Below, one piece after another: positions 59,320-64,000 of a stretch of 64,000 nucleotides of DNA. This DNA comes from Bdellovibrionales bacterium (GTDB lineage: Bacteria > Bdellovibrionota > Bdellovibrionia > Bdellovibrionales > JAGQZY01). The position numbers and the translations under genes are program-made. The stretch covers positions 2,457,074-2,521,073 of the forward strand of contig CBDCLX010000002.1 in assembly GCA_965218815.1 (NCBI GenBank). The letters are read 5' to 3'. Position 1 is the stretch's first letter. The number at the start of each line of letters is the position of its first letter. A model generated the notes under the pieces. It saw only the letters and a program-made list of their open reading frames with translations. It made no database searches and was not told the origin of the DNA.

Positions 59320-62300
59320 TCAGTCTGAGATCACTGGACTTTTAAATTTTTCCAGACCCTGCAAACAAATTTCAGGGAACTCAAAATTCTTTTGTTCCAA
59401 ATGAAAGCGATTGTATGCAATGTAATTTTTCATAACCAGGCGAACATAGTTTTTTGTTTCATGATAGGGAATATCTTCAATAAAGGCAATGGGATCCCCC
59501 TGAAACCTGTTTTGGACCCAGCCCAAAACCACTTTTTCAGTGGAGTTATAGGAGGCCACAGCTGGAATAAAATGCCCTTTGAACCTTAAAAAAAGCTGAC
59601 TCAGTTTCTTGGCTCCCAAGGGGATAATCACTTCCGGTTTATAGAGATCCTCCGGGGTTTTATAATTGACAGAGATTACCTTCCGATTGACTTCTTTTGC
59701 AATCCGGGGAATCAGCTGTAAAAGTCCAAAGGCATCGGCAGGACTGCGGGCCCTGATATTAAATCCCGATTCCTGTTTCATGATGGAATAAATCAAAGAG
59801 GGTGACATTTTTGTTTCCATGACTGAATCCGTGACAATGTTTTCATAAGGCCGTGGAAAAAGGAGAAAGGCATATTCTTCAAGAATGGTTCTTTGCTTTT
59901 TGGCTGAAAGTCTGTGGTAGAGTTCAAAAGCTTTGGAATAAGCCCCGGACTTTTGGAGAAGGGCCAGGTAATGGGCCCACTTCAGAGTTGTCCAGTTTCT
60001 GTCTGTCTTCACCTTTCCCAGAACCATGGCCTGAGCCACTTCCCACTCCCCACTCTCCACTAAAGCCAGAAAAAAGTTTTGATCCTCTTTTTTTAAAAAA
60101 TTCAAAAGATCTTTTTTATGCCACTGAACCCGAGGGACCGAAGGAAAAGGAATTTTTAATTTTCGATAGGCCAGGGAACCATAGTAGCCATAGAGGTCCA
60201 GTTCCGCCAGATCCTTTAAAATTTTTTTGGCTTCCAGGGAGTGACCCATGGATGCCAGATTTTCAGCCTGCCAATACAAATACTGGGATTTGGCAAAAAG
60301 GGTGATGTCAGGGTTCTTTTTGAGAAGTTCCAGAGTTTTTTGGGAATCTTTGAATTTTTTTACACGTCTTTGGTTCCAGGCCAGGGACCAAAGCACCCTT
60401 TCCCTGTGACGATCAGAGAGACTCTCTTCCCTGGAAGCCCTTTCAAGCCAGGAAACCGCTTGTTCATACTGCTTTTTTTCCTCAGCCATCCGTCCCTTCA
60501 GCCAATAGACCAGTTGAAGACTATGATGGCCTTTGAGTTCTTTTTTTAATTGTTCAAGGACGAGTCTGGCCTGATCCTGTCCTTCTGTCCAGAGAGTGCG
60601 AATGTATTCAATATTGGCATCATGGTGAAGGTCTGTGAGTTGTTTGGATTGAAGATATTGACCTCTGAGAAAATCAGCCCACTCCCCGGATGCTCTGATG
60701 TACTCTGTTGTTTTTGTCCATTTTTCCAGTTTGTAAGTGAGTCGAATTCCCTTAAAAGCCTGCCAGCGGGTTTTTTCATCCATTTTGGAATCCCCTTTAA
60801 TCTTTTCATAATAGAACAGGGCTTTTTTAAATTGTCGGTGCCTGCGATAGTCCCTGGCCACCCTGATAAAATCCTTTTTCCCGGGATGGGGAATGAAACG
60901 GGGGGATTTGTTGTGCAATTCCCGGAGGAGTTGTTTTTTTTCATTGGAAGAGAGTCCGGTCCTGAGAGCCCCGACCGCCATTTTTTCAAAATCCTCATGA
61001 CTGATTTGTATCCATTTTCGGTTTTTTTTAAAAATCTGATAGGCTGTCTTAAAGTTTTTTTTGGCCATTTCATTTCCAAACAAGGCCTGATGGAAAAAAG
61101 GAATGAGAATGTCATTTTCAATTCCAAGACTTTCCCATTGGGAGGAGGTCTTACAGTGCTGATTCCTTCGAATCAAAGCCAATTCCCTTAAAACAAAAGA
61201 GGATTTTTCAGAAAGTTTTTTTAATGTTTTACAGGTTTCCTTCCGGTTTACAGACTCAAGGGCCTGTTTATATTCGTTGACCGGATTTCCTGAATTCAAG
61301 GGGTTTGACCCATCTGTCCCTGATGTTCCTGACCCATCTGTCCCTGATGTTCCTGACCCATCTGTCCCTGATGTTCCTGACCCATCTGTCCCTGATGTTC
61401 CTGATGCTCCCGACCCATCTCCTGATTTTGTGGAAAGGGGTTTGGTCCGGGAAACTTTATGAGAGAGGGGGATTGATTCCTCCAGCCCGTATTTCTCATA
61501 AAGTGTTGACCCTTTCATATCTGAGGCAAAAAGTTTATGGGAAAAGCCTGTCAGACCTGCAAAAAGAAAAACAACAAGAGAGTTGAGTCCGGACCTCCCG
61601 GAGGATTTATGGGAGATGCGGGGTTTTTTGGACAAAACAAGGATCACACCGATCACGGCCCCCACAGCTCCCATGTAACCAGTGACAGTGACAGGGTCAG
61701 GGGGAATAAAAGTCCAGTGCAGCCAGTCCATAATGTTGATAAACACCAGGGTGAACAAGGGGTTCATAGTGATTATGGGGCTCACCTGTGTGGCTGGAAG
61801 ATATCGAAGAGCCACAGAAAAACAACCATAGGCAACAAGGGTGTTGAGTCCCAGGAAAATATAAAACAGATGAATACCTGGTGACATTTGTGCCAAAGAA
61901 GACCAGTTCACCCAGGGAAGACAGACAAGGGTGATAATCATATAAATGTAAATGTTGATTTGAGAATTTTTCCACGAAGTCAGCAATTTTTTCTGGAGAC
62001 CGGCGAAGGTGGCCCAGGTTAAGGCGGCTCCAATGATCCACACAAACCCCAGGAGAAAACGTTTGGAGTTTTCCTGACTGACAGTCATTCGGTCCCAAAA
62101 AAAGAGGCTAAAACCAACAGTGCAGATCACAGCCCCCAGGATTTGTTTTGAACTGAGTTTTTCCCCAAAAAACAGCAGACCGGAAAGGGCCAGTAAAAAG
62201 GGACCCAACTGAATAAAGATCTGGGCATTGGCAGGTGAACTGTAATGGATGCCCTGAACAAATCCCAGATAATTGAAAGCCAGGCAAAGAGCGGCCACCA

Positions 62301-62535
62301 GAAGAAAGCCCGGTCTGGTTTTTAAAACTTCCAATTGTCTGGTTTCCCCCCTGAAAACAAACCAGACCAGCAAGAACAAAAAAGCCACCAGCATCCGATA
62401 CCAGACAATGGTCTGTGAATCAGAATAGTTCAGGGCGTATTTTAAAAACAAAGCCAGAGTGGACCAGCAGGTGGCTGTTATAATGGCGGCAATCAGACCT
62501 TTTTGGCGAGGGGATAAAGCAAGGGGAGTTTTCAT
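59320..62535 (-). CDS. fusion protein: N-terminal EamA/DMT 10-TM transporter, repeat linker, and C-terminal Slt70-type soluble lytic transglycosylase
   Basis: Residues 1 to about 300 are a polytopic EamA-like duplicated 5-TM unit. A signal-anchor-like GLNSLVVFLFAGLTGFSHKLFA follows, then (GTSGTDGS)x4. The C-terminal part has a helical superhelix and the SLT catalytic block MKQESGFNIRARSPADAFGLLQLIP. Confidence 0.7.
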   Translation of the reverse strand: MKTPLALSPRQKGLIAAIITATCWSTLALFLKYALNYSDSQTIVWYRMLVAFLFLLVWFVFRGETRQLEVLKTRPGFLLVAALCLAFNYLGFVQGIHYSSPANAQIFIQLGPFLLALSGLLFFGEKLSSKQILGAVICTVGFSLFFWDRMTVSQENSKRFLLGFVWIIGAALTWATFAGLQKKLLTSWKNSQINIYIYMIITLVCLPWVNWSSLAQMSPGIHLFYIFLGLNTLVAYGCFSVALRYLPATQVSPIITMNPLFTLVFINIMDWLHWTFIPPDPVTVTGYMGAVGAVIGVILVLSKKPRISHKSSGRSGLNSLVVFLFAGLTGFSHKLFASDMKGSTLYEKYGLEESIPLSHKVSRTKPLSTKSGDGSGASGTSGTDGSGTSGTDGSGTSGTDGSGTSGTDGSNPLNSGNPVNEYKQALESVNRKETCKTLKKLSEKSSFVLRELALIRRNQHCKTSSQWESLGIENDILIPFFHQALFGNEMAKKNFKTAYQIFKKNRKWIQISHEDFEKMAVGALRTGLSSNEKKQLLRELHNKSPRFIPHPGKKDFIRVARDYRRHRQFKKALFYYEKIKGDSKMDEKTRWQAFKGIRLTYKLEKWTKTTEYIRASGEWADFLRGQYLQSKQLTDLHHDANIEYIRTLWTEGQDQARLVLEQLKKELKGHHSLQLVYWLKGRMAEEKKQYEQAVSWLERASREESLSDRHRERVLWSLAWNQRRVKKFKDSQKTLELLKKNPDITLFAKSQYLYWQAENLASMGHSLEAKKILKDLAELDLYGYYGSLAYRKLKIPFPSVPRVQWHKKDLLNFLKKEDQNFFLALVESGEWEVAQAMVLGKVKTDRNWTTLKWAHYLALLQKSGAYSKAFELYHRLSAKKQRTILEEYAFLLFPRPYENIVTDSVMETKMSPSLIYSIMKQESGFNIRARSPADAFGLLQLIPRIAKEVNRKVISVNYKTPEDLYKPEVIIPLGAKKLSQLFLRFKGHFIPAVASYNSTEKVVLGWVQNRFQGDPIAFIEDIPYHETKNYVRLVMKNYIAYNRFHLEQKNFEFPEICLQGLEKFKSPVISD
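61307..61425. repeat. 24-bp perfect tandem repeat, four copies plus one degenerate copy, inside the fusion ORF
   Basis: GACCCATCTGTCCCTGATGTTCCT is repeated head-to-tail at 61307, 61331, 61355 and 61379. On the coding strand it encodes GTSGTDGS. Confidence 0.9.
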
Positions 62536-62547
62536 CCCCTGACTCTA

Positions 62548-63429
62548 TTAGGCTTTTTGCAGACGTGCAATCCGCTCTTCCAAAGGAGGATGAGTGCGGA
62601 AGAGGGCAGCTATGGAGGTGGTCCCTGATATCTTAAAGGCCGCAAGATTATCCCCCTTTTGGTGGGGAACACTCTGGAGGGACAGTTTTCTGAGGGCTGC
62701 AATCATGTTTTCACGGCTTGAATACCTGGCTCCCCCCTTATCTGCCCTGTATTCCCGGATTCTTGAAAAATAGGCCACCACAATATGACCCAGGAAGGTG
62801 AAGGCAATTTGCATGACAATTGTTAAAACCATCTGGATGAGGTAACGGTTCTTTTCAAAATAAGAGGCAATGATTCTGGCAAGAATGTGAGAGAAAAAGA
62901 TAACAAAACTGTTGATAACTCCCTGAATAAGAGTGAGAGTCACCATATCACCATTGGCAATATGGGCCACCTCATGACCAATGACAGCTTCCAGTTCCCC
63001 TTTGTTCAGGGACCGGGTCAACCCACTGGAGACAGCCACCAATGAATTGGATCGGGAAGGACCTGTAGCAAAGGCATTCATCTCAGGGCTTTGGTAAACA
63101 CCCACTTCGGGCATTTTGGGAAGCCTTGCCCTGCGGGCCATGTTGTGGACCATTTCCAGTATCTCCCGTTCCCCATCCTTTGCTGTTTTGGGATCAATCA
63201 TCTGAAGACCCATGGTTTTTTTGGCTATCCACTTGGAGATGAAAAGGGAGACAAAGGCACCGCCCATACCAAAGATCACTGAAAATAAAATAAGTGGAAT
63301 CAGGGACCCCTGGGGTGGGGTGGGTGAACCATAAATAAAGGTACAAATAATCCCCGTGAGAATGGTCACTGAAACCATCACCAGCATATTGACAAGCATG
63401 AAAAAGAAAATTCGTTTCATAAAGGACAT
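62548..63429 (-). CDS. htpX: zinc metalloprotease HtpX
   Basis: HEVAHIANGD (HExxH) and a TM topology typical of HtpX. The start at M14 (63429) is preceded by GAGGAGG. Confidence 0.9.
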   Translation of the reverse strand: MSFMKRIFFFMLVNMLVMVSVTILTGIICTFIYGSPTPPQGSLIPLILFSVIFGMGGAFVSLFISKWIAKKTMGLQMIDPKTAKDGEREILEMVHNMARRARLPKMPEVGVYQSPEMNAFATGPSRSNSLVAVSSGLTRSLNKGELEAVIGHEVAHIANGDMVTLTLIQGVINSFVIFFSHILARIIASYFEKNRYLIQMVLTIVMQIAFTFLGHIVVAYFSRIREYRADKGGARYSSRENMIAALRKLSLQSVPHQKGDNLAAFKISGTTSIAALFRTHPPLEERIARLQKA

Positions 63430-63688
63430 AATTCCTCCTCTCATTGACAGATTGAACACAACAGACATTCTGTTTTGTCCGGGTTAGTTCTGCTCATTCT
63501 ACAGTGTACTGGACCAATAGTCTAATGGGTTTTTTGTTTTTTGTCATTTTTTTTAGCATTTTTTCAGGCCCGGATAAAGTTTAAACATTTTTTTGGGATT
63601 TCCTGAAAAATAAGGGCAGAACGCTTCACCAGGGTTTCTTTTTGTTTTTTTAATTTTACTTCTCCTGTCTGATTCCCGAAAAAAAAAT

Positions 63689-64000
63689 ATGGAAACAATG
63701 AAAAATCATGACTTTGAATGTTCTGTCTTCCACAGAAAGGTTTTTAAAAAGACTGTTATTTTCTTTTTATTGCTGGCCGGTCTGTCCGCCTGCAATCCCT
63801 TTCAGTCCAGACTGGATGGTTTGGGAAAACATCATGATTACAACGATTTGAACATTCCCCTGAATTTTTATTCTGTCGATAATGAAACCCCCCGTGCTCA
63901 AAGGATTTCCAATGAATTATTTCAAAAAAGTCTGCGAAAACCGGCAGCAATAACCTTCAAAGTGGATGCTGGAGAGTTCCAGCTGGCTCATGATAGGGCT
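63689..64000 (+). CDS. lipoprotein, N-terminal part (runs off the right window edge)
   Basis: My own translation: METMKNHDFECSVFHRKVFKKTVIFFLLLAGLSACNPFQSRLDG..., with lipobox LLAGLSAC. It stays open to position 64000 and is absent from the ORF track. Confidence 0.55.
   Translation, partial: METMKNHDFECSVFHRKVFKKTVIFFLLLAGLSACNPFQSRLDGLGKHHDYNDLNIPLNFYSVDNETPRAQRISNELFQKSLRKPAAITFKVDAGEFQLAHDRA

Noticed and set aside
61307-61425. Possible CRISPR array or other spacer-containing repeat. I also checked the CAGAAAAA microsatellite at about 50535-50578 and the 31.3-31.6 kb repeats.
   Set aside because: These are head-to-tail repeats with no spacers, and they are in-frame coding sequence or part of the IS91 end. 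I saw no repeat-spacer architecture anywhere in the window.
63488-63500. GTCCGGGTTAG upstream of htpX resembles the MITE terminus GTTCGGGTTAG.
   Set aside because: It is a 10/11-nt match with no adjacent element sequence, so it could be chance.
1-64000. Scan for tRNA, rRNA, tmRNA, RNase P or SRP RNA genes.
   Set aside because: I saw no T-loop/acceptor-type signatures (GGTTCGAATCC-like) or rRNA-like conserved blocks in any intergenic region. This was a by-eye scan only, so small ncRNAs cannot be excluded.

Overview
This window is a chromosomal segment from a moderate-to-low-GC Gram-negative bacterium. Secreted proteases are abundant and gene content looks Bdellovibrio/Oligoflexia-like, but that lineage guess is inference only.

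Most of the window is housekeeping:
- glnD (partial; missed by the ORF track because it runs off the left edge) and trpS
- a complete six-gene Alternative Complex III operon, actABCDEF
- ruvA, ruvC, a GT2 glycosyltransferase, recO, mgtE and pyrE
- a PP2C phosphatase, a TonB-like protein and an orphan AceE-like E1
- xseA, xseB, ispA and ampG
- a YyaL-type thioredoxin-domain protein and System II cytochrome c biogenesis (resB/ccsA)
- htpX
- many secreted hydrolases: S41, a V8-like S1B, S8 and two HExxH proteins

One clear accessory region lies at about 45.65-54.7 kb. It is a graveyard of mobile and defence DNA:
- three IS91-family copies: one full, one 5'-truncated, and one internal in-frame deletion derivative
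- IS1634/IS4, IS5 (IS903-group) and DUF4143 fragments
- an Rhs/YD-repeat fragment and a HEPN-like ORF
- an intact AbiEi/AbiEii toxin-antitoxin pair, which lies between inverted IS91 copies

I could not support a complete novel multi-gene system. The signals most likely to be undescribed are:
1. A palindromic MITE-like element of about 185 bp. It has two full copies and at least four solo ends, and those ends supply stop codons and a probable SD plus start codon to neighbouring genes.
2. A second hairpin repeat of about 65 nt. Two copies flank xseAB as direct repeats.
3. A single 1071-aa ORF fusing an EamA/DMT transporter to an Slt70-type lytic transglycosylase. The linker is encoded by a perfect 24-bp tandem repeat.
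4. A divergent FabV/TER-like protein directly downstream of ccsA.
5. A decayed ABC transporter operon next to a compositionally foreign secreted-protein gene.

I saw no rRNA, tRNA or CRISPR array. All homology statements come from motif recognition by eye. No searches were run.
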